A stretch of 64,000 bases of DNA from a virus: positions 1 to 64,000 of IMG/VR virus record IMGVR_UViG_3300032213_003144; one strand, given 5' to 3'. A program made the translations under genes and the position numbers. Below are positions 47,285 through 55,927 of this stretch, one piece after another; within the stretch, counting starts at the first letter, position 1; every line of letters starts with the position of its first letter. The notes under the pieces are model-generated. The model did no database searches. It worked only from the letters and a program-made list of their open reading frames with translations, and was not told the origin of the DNA.

Positions 47285-48372
47285 AATTTCTCCAATATAA
47301 ATTTGAACGTTGCATCCCAGTCATCGCCTCTCGCGTTCATGTTAAATTTTTCTAACAACCTTCTGTTTTCATGCATCTCGTCAATTCTCATTTGATGATT
47401 CATCAATTCATCTAGGTGATAAATCCATTCTTCGTCAGTTTTTGCCAATCTTCCTATCCCTTTGGACGCAAGCAGCTCGTATTCTGGAGAATAAGAAGTT
47501 ACGAAAGGTACGCCAGCAGCTGCATATTCAAGACCTTTTATAAAAGATTTAGCATGATTGAATTCAATGTTATTTAATGGAATAATTCCTATATCGATTG
47601 GTGTTAGTAATCCCGGATATGATTCTATTGGAGCCATAGGAGTTGAATTAAAACGTGATTTTTCTATACCAAGAAGTTCGCAAGCAGATGGTGCTGTGGG
47701 TGAGTGGCCGGAGTGGTGAAAGTATGTTCCTCTAGATTTTATGTAATCACCCATAAATCCAGAAAGCTGTTCAAGGTCATTCGAGCGCCAGTGTGTTGCC
47801 CCAACCCAGCCTATATTCGGTTTTTTTTGGTAACGAATATTTTTTATTTTATATCTATCGGAATCAATTCCATTCCTGACCATAAACACATTGTTTCTTT
47901 TTTTCCCATAGTAATCAAAAAGAAATGGTGTTGAAGTTATTACGGCATCAGCCTGCATGATTATTTGAGCGTATATTTCCCTGTTGTTGTCGGGATTTTC
48001 TTTGGGGTCTGTTGCCTTGAATGCTCTATTGGTTTCGGACAACCCATCAAACCAGTCGTCTATATCAACTACTAGCTTTTGTCCCATTGCTTGAGCAAGT
48101 GGCATTTTTTCGAGTACCTCACGCTGCATGAGGAGTTTGAAAACAATTATGTCCCAGCCATGAACTGATTGTGAGTCCGCCAGAACCATGCCAAAACCCC
48201 TATCGTCGCTAAATCCAGGGAATCCCACAGCAGTAAACCATCCACGCTTGTTGAGTTCATGAGATGGGAGGGTGCACCTGTAGTAGCAACAGCCATTTGG
48301 CTGGAGCGGGTCTGTACCCCAGGCCCAATCGTGAGTCATGAAACCAATAGTTGGCTTTTGAGGTTTCTTCAT
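47281..48372 (-). CDS. glycosyltransferase (GT-B/GT4-like)
   Basis: DIDDW, NGID, IGWVG, DIGIIPL..FN.AKS.IK.LEYAAAGVP. Confidence 0.85.
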   Translation of the reverse strand: MKKPQKPTIGFMTHDWAWGTDPLQPNGCCYYRCTLPSHELNKRGWFTAVGFPGFSDDRGFGMVLADSQSVHGWDIIVFKLLMQREVLEKMPLAQAMGQKLVVDIDDWFDGLSETNRAFKATDPKENPDNNREIYAQIIMQADAVITSTPFLFDYYGKKRNNVFMVRNGIDSDRYKIKNIRYQKKPNIGWVGATHWRSNDLEQLSGFMGDYIKSRGTYFHHSGHSPTAPSACELLGIEKSRFNSTPMAPIESYPGLLTPIDIGIIPLNNIEFNHAKSFIKGLEYAAAGVPFVTSYSPEYELLASKGIGRLAKTDEEWIYHLDELMNHQMRIDEMHENRRLLEKFNMNARGDDWDATFKFILEKL

Positions 48373-48475
48373 AAGTCTGAAATGCTATATCACTTAACTC
48401 ACACGCGCAATCAAGTGATTTTACAAAAAACACTGTGATAATATATAAACACCCAACCAAAAAAATGGAGTAAAC

Positions 48476-48691
48476 ATGAGCACAAAGTTTATTAAGGACA
48501 TTGCAGAAAGAGCAGTAAAGACATTCGTTCAGGCCTATCTAGCCGCATGGGTTGTTGCTGGTTCTGATTTCGATGCACTTACCGACATGGCAAATGTAAA
48601 AATTGGAGTTGTTGCTGTGGCTGCATCAATTGCCATGAGCATGGGTCTAAAGAATGTTGGTCCAAACAAGGATTCTGCTTCAGCTATTTGA
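48476..48691 (+). CDS. holin (r1t-like)
   Basis: AERAVKTFVQA and two TM segments. Confidence 0.75.
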   Translation: MSTKFIKDIAERAVKTFVQAYLAAWVVAGSDFDALTDMANVKIGVVAVAASIAMSMGLKNVGPNKDSASAI

Positions 48692-48757
48692 AATACTGCC
48701 TTTCTTGGCGGCGTTCCTAATCTACAATTTCTATGTCGTTAGTGAGGAGCGCGCGCC

Positions 48758-49138
48758 ATGAGGGCAGGTAAGTACGATATGACATGTGAGCAAGGGACCA
48801 CGTTTATACGAACCCTCGCCGTACTTCAACCAGACCTTGAAAATGACCCAACTGGCGAGACTTTCGAGATTATGGACCTCACTGGTTATACCGCAAGAAT
48901 GCAGGTCAGAAGAACAATTGAGAACACCAGCAAGATGCTTGAGCTGACCACAGCAAATGGCTCCCTAGACGTCACCTTCCAGGACCAGTCAAACGTTATT
49001 AGAATTTTCTTACCAGCTGAAGTAACGGCGAGTGTCAGTACGAGTGGTGTTTACGACCTTGAGCTAATCAACCAAGGTGGAGAAGTCTCGCGACTTGTAG
49101 AAGGAAATTTTATAGTTGTTCCTGAGGTGACACGATGA
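48758..49138 (+). CDS. virion structural protein (tail/baseplate-associated)
   Basis: EQGTTF...DLTGYTARMQVR...YDLEL....V.RLVEG...V.PEVTR. Confidence 0.7.
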   Translation: MRAGKYDMTCEQGTTFIRTLAVLQPDLENDPTGETFEIMDLTGYTARMQVRRTIENTSKMLELTTANGSLDVTFQDQSNVIRIFLPAEVTASVSTSGVYDLELINQGGEVSRLVEGNFIVVPEVTR

Positions 49139-49413
49139 GTGATGTCCCAAACCGCGTAATAATTGACCAAGATGTTCCTAACAGAGTATTAATTCAGACC
49201 GGAACTGCCGGTGCAAATACAAGAAGACACATCCACACTCAGGCCTCAGTTTCCAATGAATGGACAGTAACCCACTCACTTGGAGGCAAACCACAGGTAA
49301 CCGTTGTTGATAGTTCGGATACCTGTGTCTTTGGTGAGGTAATATATATAAGCAATTCACAGCTAAAGGTGTTGTTCTCGTCACCTTTTTCGGGATTTGC
49401 CTACTTAACATAA
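49135..49413 (+). CDS. small virion protein
   Basis: W.VTHSLG..PQVTVVDS...F..PFSG.AYL. Confidence 0.7.
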   Translation: MSDVPNRVIIDQDVPNRVLIQTGTAGANTRRHIHTQASVSNEWTVTHSLGGKPQVTVVDSSDTCVFGEVIYISNSQLKVLFSSPFSGFAYLT

Positions 49414-49423
49414 GGCAGGACTA

Positions 49424-50707
49424 ATGGCTCAAAAGTTTCTAACAAATATAGACCTAGTAAATAACCAGATTCTTAACGCCCGGTTTGAGTCTGTTTCGTC
49501 GGACCCAGGCTCGAATCTGTTTGAGGGTCGCCTCATCTACAACACCACAACGGACACAATTAAGGCTTACGCAAATGGCGCATGGCGCTCCATGCCACAC
49601 ACCATCACTTCCGGTGGAGCGAATACTGCCGGGATAACAATCGGTGAACTCAACGGAACAGTTACCCTCACTCTTAACCTCGCCACCGCTTCATCAGTCG
49701 GTTTGCTGACTGCAGCGCATTTTACAGACCTTAATACATCGACCAGCGCAGCAACTGGCTCCACTCTTGTAAAAAGAGACGCAAGCGGCAATATTTCGGT
49801 TGCTACCCCAACAGAATCGTCACACGCTGCAACCAAGGGCTATGTGGACGCTGCTCGTTCTGGCTTGGATGTCAAGGATTCCGTAAGGGTTGCCACAACA
49901 GCGGCAATCAATATCTCCTCAGACCTTCAGAACGGTGACGCAATAGATGGGGTGACCCTTGCAACTGGAGACAGGGTTCTTGTTAAGAACCAAAGTTCTG
50001 GTGCAGAAAACGGTATTTATGTTGTAGTTGCTACTGGCGTTGCATCACGTTCAACCGATGCTGATACTTCTGCTGAAGTCACAAGCGGAATGTTCACCTT
50101 TGTTACAGAAGGTTCAACAAACGCTGATAGTGGTTGGGTCCTCTCAACAAATGACACAATTACCCTTGGAACAACAGCATTAACTTTTGCACAATTCTCG
50201 GGAGCTGGTCAAATTACGGCTGGTGCTGGTTTAACAAAATCAGGAAACACGATTGATGCTGTTGGGACTGCAGACAGAATAACCGTAAACGCCGACAGCA
50301 TAGATATCGCTTCAACCTACGTTGGTCAATCAACCATTACCACCCTCGGCACGGTAACTACCGGCACATGGAGCGCGAGCACCATTGCAATCGCTAAGGG
50401 CGGTACAAACGCAACCACTGAGTCTGGTGCTCGAACCAATCTTGCTGCAGGCGGAACTCAGGGTGCTGGTGTAACTGCCCCTGTTCTTTCAAGAAAAGTT
50501 GCGCTAACAATTGGTGATGCCTCTTCTGCAACATTTACAGTGACGCATGGTTTTAATACCAGAGATGTGCAAGTTGAAATATACGAAGCAGCAAGTCCGT
50601 ACGCATCTGTTATTTGTGATGTCGAGAGAACGACAGTGGATGCTGTGACTATCAGCTTTGCTACCGCTCCAGGTTCTGGAGCATATAGGGTTGTTGTAAC
50701 AGGTTAA
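49424..50707 (+). CDS. tail fibre / decoration-like structural protein
   Basis: HAATKGYVD, GDRVLVKNQ...ENGIY, FAQFSGAG motifs. Confidence 0.75.
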   Translation: MAQKFLTNIDLVNNQILNARFESVSSDPGSNLFEGRLIYNTTTDTIKAYANGAWRSMPHTITSGGANTAGITIGELNGTVTLTLNLATASSVGLLTAAHFTDLNTSTSAATGSTLVKRDASGNISVATPTESSHAATKGYVDAARSGLDVKDSVRVATTAAINISSDLQNGDAIDGVTLATGDRVLVKNQSSGAENGIYVVVATGVASRSTDADTSAEVTSGMFTFVTEGSTNADSGWVLSTNDTITLGTTALTFAQFSGAGQITAGAGLTKSGNTIDAVGTADRITVNADSIDIASTYVGQSTITTLGTVTTGTWSASTIAIAKGGTNATTESGARTNLAAGGTQGAGVTAPVLSRKVALTIGDASSATFTVTHGFNTRDVQVEIYEAASPYASVICDVERTTVDAVTISFATAPGSGAYRVVVTG

Positions 50708-50760
50708 CCATAGTGCCTTGAGGGGTGCGAACGATTTAGAAAACAGTTGAGGCTGTATTC

Positions 50761-53757
50761 ATGACGAAATTCATAGGCACCCCGTTACGCGGGATAGAGT
50801 TTGCTAACCCAGGTGATGAAGCAATCTCGTCGCGCGTTAGTGGAGATACTCAGCCAAGGCTTCGCATTGATGCAGGCGGAAGAATAACTTGGTCTGATGG
50901 AACAAACTCTGGGGATACGGTACTTTTTCGTTCTAGTGCAAACGCGCTAACTACATACGACTCACTTACCGCCAGCGCAGGATTAATAACACTTACTACT
51001 AATGGCATACCTAGCCAGTCGCTACCCAACGGTGCGATAGCAATCGACACGACTAATCATGTATTTTATTTCCGTTCCAATAATGAATGGTTAGAAGTAA
51101 GCGGTGGGGCGACTGTAACAGTTGATGACTCTCCTCCATTGGCACCAGAGATAGGTGACCTTTGGTATAGCTCGCTAGAGCTTGAGTTATTTATTTACTA
51201 TTCGAATGCTTGGATTCAGTTAACAGATGCACAGGGCGGAGTACAAGAACTCTATGAACTTTCAGATGTTTTAATTGATAACCCAGTTTATGGTCAATCA
51301 CTCATGTACAACGGAACAGAGTGGGAAAATGATTTCATCACAGTGGCTCAGTCATTGGCTACAGCTCGAGCAATATCCCTAAGCGGGGATATGTCTGGTT
51401 CTGCAGCATTTGATGGTTCGCAAAATATATCGATATCTGCAACAATTCAGCCAAACTCAGTTGCACTTGGAACGGACACAACTGGAAGTTACGTCCAATC
51501 TTTAGTAGCCGGAACTGGAGTTACTCTTTCAAATAATTCCGGTGAGTCAGCAACGCCAACAATTGCGATAGGACAAGCTGTTGGGACTAGTGCTTCTGTT
51601 TCTTTTGCACATGTTGCAACAGACTCGCTGAATGTCGTCAACAATGTTATTGGCACTGGAAATATAACCCTTTCACCGAATGTGAGCTCCTATGTAATTG
51701 GTGATACTGGCCCAGCTGGCGGAAAAATATTTATAACACCATCCACATCTGGCAATACGACTGGAAAATACTTTGAAGCTGCCCCAGTTGCTGCTCAAGT
51801 ATTAAGAAAGTGGGCGACAGACACAGACCCAGGAATCGGCCTCGGCAACGCAGCGACTACAGTATCTGGTGCTGACGGAATAGTTATTGGAACTGGTCAA
51901 CAGAACACTGCAGACATTGTTGCCCAAACAGGTAACGTGGCTGCAACTTCTGCCGCTGTCTATTGTGATGAATACACCTACGGAGGTTTTTCAGATTGGT
52001 TCTTGCCATCGAAGGATGAATTGAATGAACTATATCTCAACCAAGTTGTTATTGGTGGATTTATATCCTCGTACTACTCCAGTTCGTCCGAAGTTTCTAA
52101 TGAAGCTTTTTGGTTTCAAAGCTTCATTGATGGAAACCCAAACACTCCATACAAAAATAACGCGTACTACATACGTCCTGTTCGGTCGTTTGTTGCACCA
52201 GCTCCAGCCGGAATAATCACTGGAAACCTGACTGGTAACGTAACCGGCAATGTAACTGGAAACTCATCCACTGCGACAACACTTCAAACAGCACGAACAA
52301 TTTCTCTTTCTGGTGATGTTTCTGGTTCTGTTTCGTTTAACGGTTCCGCAAATGCAACTATTTCTACAGCAATTCAGCCAAACAGCGTCGCACTTGGTAC
52401 AGACACCACTGGCAACTACATGTCGGCCCTTACTCAGGGCACCGGTGTAACAATTACACACACCCCCAGTGAAGGCTCTAACGCAACAATTGCAATTGGA
52501 CAAGCAGTAGGAACAAGCGCATCTGTAACGTTTGCAAATGTAACAGTAACCGGAGACCTAATTGTTTCTGGCACAACAACTTCAATAAATACTGAAACAC
52601 TTACCGTTGATGACAATATCATCGTTCTCAATAACAATGCCACCGGCGCGCCTAGTCAAAACTCCGGGATTGAAGTCGAGCGCGGCTCATCAGCGAATGT
52701 TGCGCTTCGCTGGAACGAGACCTCAGATAAATGGGAATTGACAAACGACGGGTCATCCTATGCAGATATAGCCACAGAAACATATGCGGCATCTCTGACT
52801 CCAGCAACCCTTAATGATATTGGCGACGTAACAATTACATCTGCTTCTTCGGGTCAGTTCCTGAAGTGGGATAGCACGGCATGGGTTAATGATGCTATTG
52901 ATTTAGGCACAGATACAACTGGCAACTACATGTCGGACCTGACCCAAGGAACTGGTGTGACAATCACCCATACACCAGGCGAAGGTTCAAATGCAACCAT
53001 TGCTATCGGTCAGGCCGTAGGAACTTCTTCTTCAGTTCAGTTTGCCGCAGTCACTGCACCGGTAATTGGAAACGCATCAACGGCTACCACTCTTCAAACA
53101 GCTCGCACGATAACGCTTGGCGGTGACCTTGGTGGTTCGGTATCGTTCAATGGTTCTTCTGATGTGACGCTTACAGCAACTGTTGCGGCTAATTCAGTTG
53201 CTCTTGGTACAGATACGACCGGTAACTACATGTCGGACCTGACACAGGGAACTGGCGTAACAATAACCCACACTCCAGGTGAAGGTTCAAATGCGACCAT
53301 CGCAATTGGTCAAGCGGTCGGGACAAGTGCATCTGTAACTTTTGCAAACGTAACCGCAACTGGAAATGTTGCAATTTCTGGAAGAATAGACAAAACAACC
53401 GTAAGAGAATCTGTTGCAGATGTATCCGTTTCTGCAAGCGTTGTTACGGCAGACTATTCAACTGGTGATATTTTCTATGTTGGAACTGCTCCCGCAAGCA
53501 ACTTCACGGTGAATCTTACAAATGCCCCAACTGATAATGGCAAAGCAATTACCGTTGTAATTTTTGTTACACAAGGAGCGACTGGGTATATTCCGAACGT
53601 AGTCCAAGTAGCTGGTTCTGCGCAAACAATCAAATGGGCAAACGGCGCTGCACCAACACCAACATCATCTGCTGGGAAAATAGATATATTCTCGTTTACG
53701 TTTGTTCGTCGAAGTTCTGCATGGACTGTATTCGGAAGCTCAAACCTAGGTTACTAG
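50761..53757 (+). CDS. long tail fibre-like protein with internal repeats and a DUF1566 (Lcl/C-type lectin-like) domain
   Basis: Repeated NSVALGTDTTGNY..GTGVTITH..IAIGQAVGTS blocks; GFSDWFLPSKDEL...YYIRPVRSF. Confidence 0.8.
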   Translation: MTKFIGTPLRGIEFANPGDEAISSRVSGDTQPRLRIDAGGRITWSDGTNSGDTVLFRSSANALTTYDSLTASAGLITLTTNGIPSQSLPNGAIAIDTTNHVFYFRSNNEWLEVSGGATVTVDDSPPLAPEIGDLWYSSLELELFIYYSNAWIQLTDAQGGVQELYELSDVLIDNPVYGQSLMYNGTEWENDFITVAQSLATARAISLSGDMSGSAAFDGSQNISISATIQPNSVALGTDTTGSYVQSLVAGTGVTLSNNSGESATPTIAIGQAVGTSASVSFAHVATDSLNVVNNVIGTGNITLSPNVSSYVIGDTGPAGGKIFITPSTSGNTTGKYFEAAPVAAQVLRKWATDTDPGIGLGNAATTVSGADGIVIGTGQQNTADIVAQTGNVAATSAAVYCDEYTYGGFSDWFLPSKDELNELYLNQVVIGGFISSYYSSSSEVSNEAFWFQSFIDGNPNTPYKNNAYYIRPVRSFVAPAPAGIITGNLTGNVTGNVTGNSSTATTLQTARTISLSGDVSGSVSFNGSANATISTAIQPNSVALGTDTTGNYMSALTQGTGVTITHTPSEGSNATIAIGQAVGTSASVTFANVTVTGDLIVSGTTTSINTETLTVDDNIIVLNNNATGAPSQNSGIEVERGSSANVALRWNETSDKWELTNDGSSYADIATETYAASLTPATLNDIGDVTITSASSGQFLKWDSTAWVNDAIDLGTDTTGNYMSDLTQGTGVTITHTPGEGSNATIAIGQAVGTSSSVQFAAVTAPVIGNASTATTLQTARTITLGGDLGGSVSFNGSSDVTLTATVAANSVALGTDTTGNYMSDLTQGTGVTITHTPGEGSNATIAIGQAVGTSASVTFANVTATGNVAISGRIDKTTVRESVADVSVSASVVTADYSTGDIFYVGTAPASNFTVNLTNAPTDNGKAITVVIFVTQGATGYIPNVVQVAGSAQTIKWANGAAPTPTSSAGKIDIFSFTFVRRSSAWTVFGSSNLGY

Positions 53758-53758
53758 G

Positions 53759-54838
53759 ATGCCTTTCATATCATCAATTTCAGCGAGGCAATCTGGATTG
53801 CTGTTTGCAAACGCAGCAAAATTGATTGCTCCATTATTTGGCTCTTCAACGGGGACTTCGGGCGGTTTCACTTTTTCAATTTCAAACTACGATGCTTCTC
53901 TGACATATTCATTCTCGGCCACCAATAGCGGTAGCGCTACCCAGTCTGCCGGTTTAGTAACTGTCACTGGACTCGGTAGTGCTATTACTTCTACTGTCAC
54001 TGTGACGGTAAACAAAAATGGTTGGCTTACGAATTCCTCAAGCACAACTGGAACTGCTCTTACTCAATACACGACTGAGTTTACATTGCTCGGTGGAGGT
54101 GGTTCTGAAGCCGGTGGTGCTGGCGCAATGGCTAATGGGTCATATAGATTCTATGGAGGGAACTCCTATACCGTTACTGTTGGTGCTGGCGGAACGGGGA
54201 ACGGAAAAGGCAACCAATCTGTTCTTGGAGTACTTGAAGCTGCTCCTGGTGGTGGGCGAGACCAAACTGGCGGCGGCTCTTCGCAGGGAGGAAATACTGC
54301 ATTTAACGAAAACACCATAAGTGGTGGTGACATTGTCGGAACAGTTGTATTCTACTCTAACGCAGGCGGAGCGTATGGCTCAGGTGCTGACTACAACGTT
54401 GGTCATAATGGAATCGGCGGTGGCGGAGGAGCAGGGGGAAATGGTAGCGCTGGTTATGAGGAACAGGGAGGAAACGGCGGAGCTGGTAGAGCAGACATTC
54501 TTGGTACATTAAGAGGCGGAGGAGGTGGAGGTCACTCGCACCTAAACGGTGGAGGCACATCCAAGCCTTCAGGTGGGAGCGGCGGCGGCGGAGCTGGAAC
54601 AAATTACAACTTTGGTTGTGACACATCTAGTGCTGGAGCAGCTAACTACGGAGCAGGCGGTGGTTCAAACTGGGGCGAATGCGGTGGTTCGAATGCTGGT
54701 GGCTCAGGAATCGTTATAATTAGGTATACAGGACCCACCTTGGCATCAATAAGTGCTGGATTGGTCTATTCGCTTTCGTCTTCGGGAAGCATTAGGACAT
54801 ACACATTTACAGGCGGAACAGGAACGATTACTTTCTAA
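53759..54838 (+). CDS. glycine-rich virion protein
   Basis: GGGGGAGG repeats, GGSGIVIIRY. Confidence 0.75.
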   Translation: MPFISSISARQSGLLFANAAKLIAPLFGSSTGTSGGFTFSISNYDASLTYSFSATNSGSATQSAGLVTVTGLGSAITSTVTVTVNKNGWLTNSSSTTGTALTQYTTEFTLLGGGGSEAGGAGAMANGSYRFYGGNSYTVTVGAGGTGNGKGNQSVLGVLEAAPGGGRDQTGGGSSQGGNTAFNENTISGGDIVGTVVFYSNAGGAYGSGADYNVGHNGIGGGGGAGGNGSAGYEEQGGNGGAGRADILGTLRGGGGGGHSHLNGGGTSKPSGGSGGGGAGTNYNFGCDTSSAGAANYGAGGGSNWGECGGSNAGGSGIVIIRYTGPTLASISAGLVYSLSSSGSIRTYTFTGGTGTITF

Positions 54839-55182
54839 TGGCACATTACGCATTCTTGGATGAAAACAACATTGTCACCGAAGTAATTGTCGGTCGCAAC
54901 GAAGACGAAGTAGTTGACGGAATCTCCGACTGGGAGGAGTACTACGGTTCTCTGCGTGGTCAGAGATGTTTAAGGACTTCTTACAACCACAATATAAGGA
55001 AACAGTTTGCGGGTATTGGCTTTAGTTACAACGAAGAAAGAGACATCTTTATCGCCAACCAGCCATATCCTTCGTGGGTTTTAGATGAAGATTTTGACTG
55101 GGTCCCACCAATCCCGTATCCGTCAAGTGATAGGGGATGTGCTCACTGGAATGAAGAAATAGGTAACTGGGACATTTATTAA
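54838..55182 (+). CDS. conserved phage protein (fibre-associated)
   Basis: MAHYAFLDENNIV..TSYN..IRK.FAGIG..Y....D.FI..QPYPSW. Confidence 0.75.
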   Translation: MAHYAFLDENNIVTEVIVGRNEDEVVDGISDWEEYYGSLRGQRCLRTSYNHNIRKQFAGIGFSYNEERDIFIANQPYPSWVLDEDFDWVPPIPYPSSDRGCAHWNEEIGNWDIY

Positions 55183-55220
55183 ATTATAGTAAGTTTAGAC
55201 CAAGACAATAAAGGAGTAAA

Positions 55221-55439
55221 ATGAGCATTTCAACACCAAAGGACCTTACTGGAAATCCAACTTTTATTTATGTAGTCGATGGAGAAGTTGTAGAGATACA
55301 GGTGCTTGAGCCGATACCTTTCAATGAAAGAAGAATTTCCTACCTATCATCGGACCCAAAAATATATGTTCTACCTGGTGGCTACCCAGCCAACCCAAAT
55401 GCACTTCCAAAACCTGGTTCCGCTTACGCCCCAGAATAA
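55221..55439 (+). CDS. hypothetical protein
   Basis: AAGGAG RBS. Confidence 0.7.
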   Translation: MSISTPKDLTGNPTFIYVVDGEVVEIQVLEPIPFNERRISYLSSDPKIYVLPGGYPANPNALPKPGSAYAPE

Positions 55440-55482
55440 AAATTTTGAAGATAATGTATAAAAGATTGAAAGTAAGTCGACC

Positions 55483-55725
55483 ATGACCATTAAGACCTGG
55501 AACTATGACGACGACCTGATTCAGCTTATTTCGGAGAAATATCACATCAGCGGCAAATCAGGTGCACAAGCAATGATTGATGCTTGGACGGATATTCGAG
55601 ACGGAAAGCTGATTGAGATATGTATGGAACTCAATATTCCAGAACCACTTGGTTTGATTCACGGATTGAACACCTTTTCGAAAAAGCTGATGGAAAACGA
55701 GAGACTAGAGACAATTAAAGACTAA
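55483..55725 (+). CDS. hypothetical protein
   Basis: 80-aa ORF. Confidence 0.6.
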   Translation: MTIKTWNYDDDLIQLISEKYHISGKSGAQAMIDAWTDIRDGKLIEICMELNIPEPLGLIHGLNTFSKKLMENERLETIKD

Positions 55726-55744
55726 AATATGCGATAATAAGCAC

Positions 55745-55927
55745 ATGCCAATTGCGTTTCCTGCTTCCCCGTCAACGAATGATGAGTTTTCTATCGCTGG
55801 GAAATCCTGGAGCTGGAATGGGTTCCGATGGCAGAGGTTTAAGTCTGCGATAATTGACGGCGGGTTTGCCAATATTGAAATAAGTCTAGGCAACAATGCA
55901 GAGGTCGCTGATGGAGGTGGTGCTTAA
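55745..55927 (+). CDS. small virion-associated protein
   Basis: FPASPS.ND....GKSWSWNG.RW motif, shared with the N-terminus of 61896. Confidence 0.7.
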   Translation: MPIAFPASPSTNDEFSIAGKSWSWNGFRWQRFKSAIIDGGFANIEISLGNNAEVADGGGA

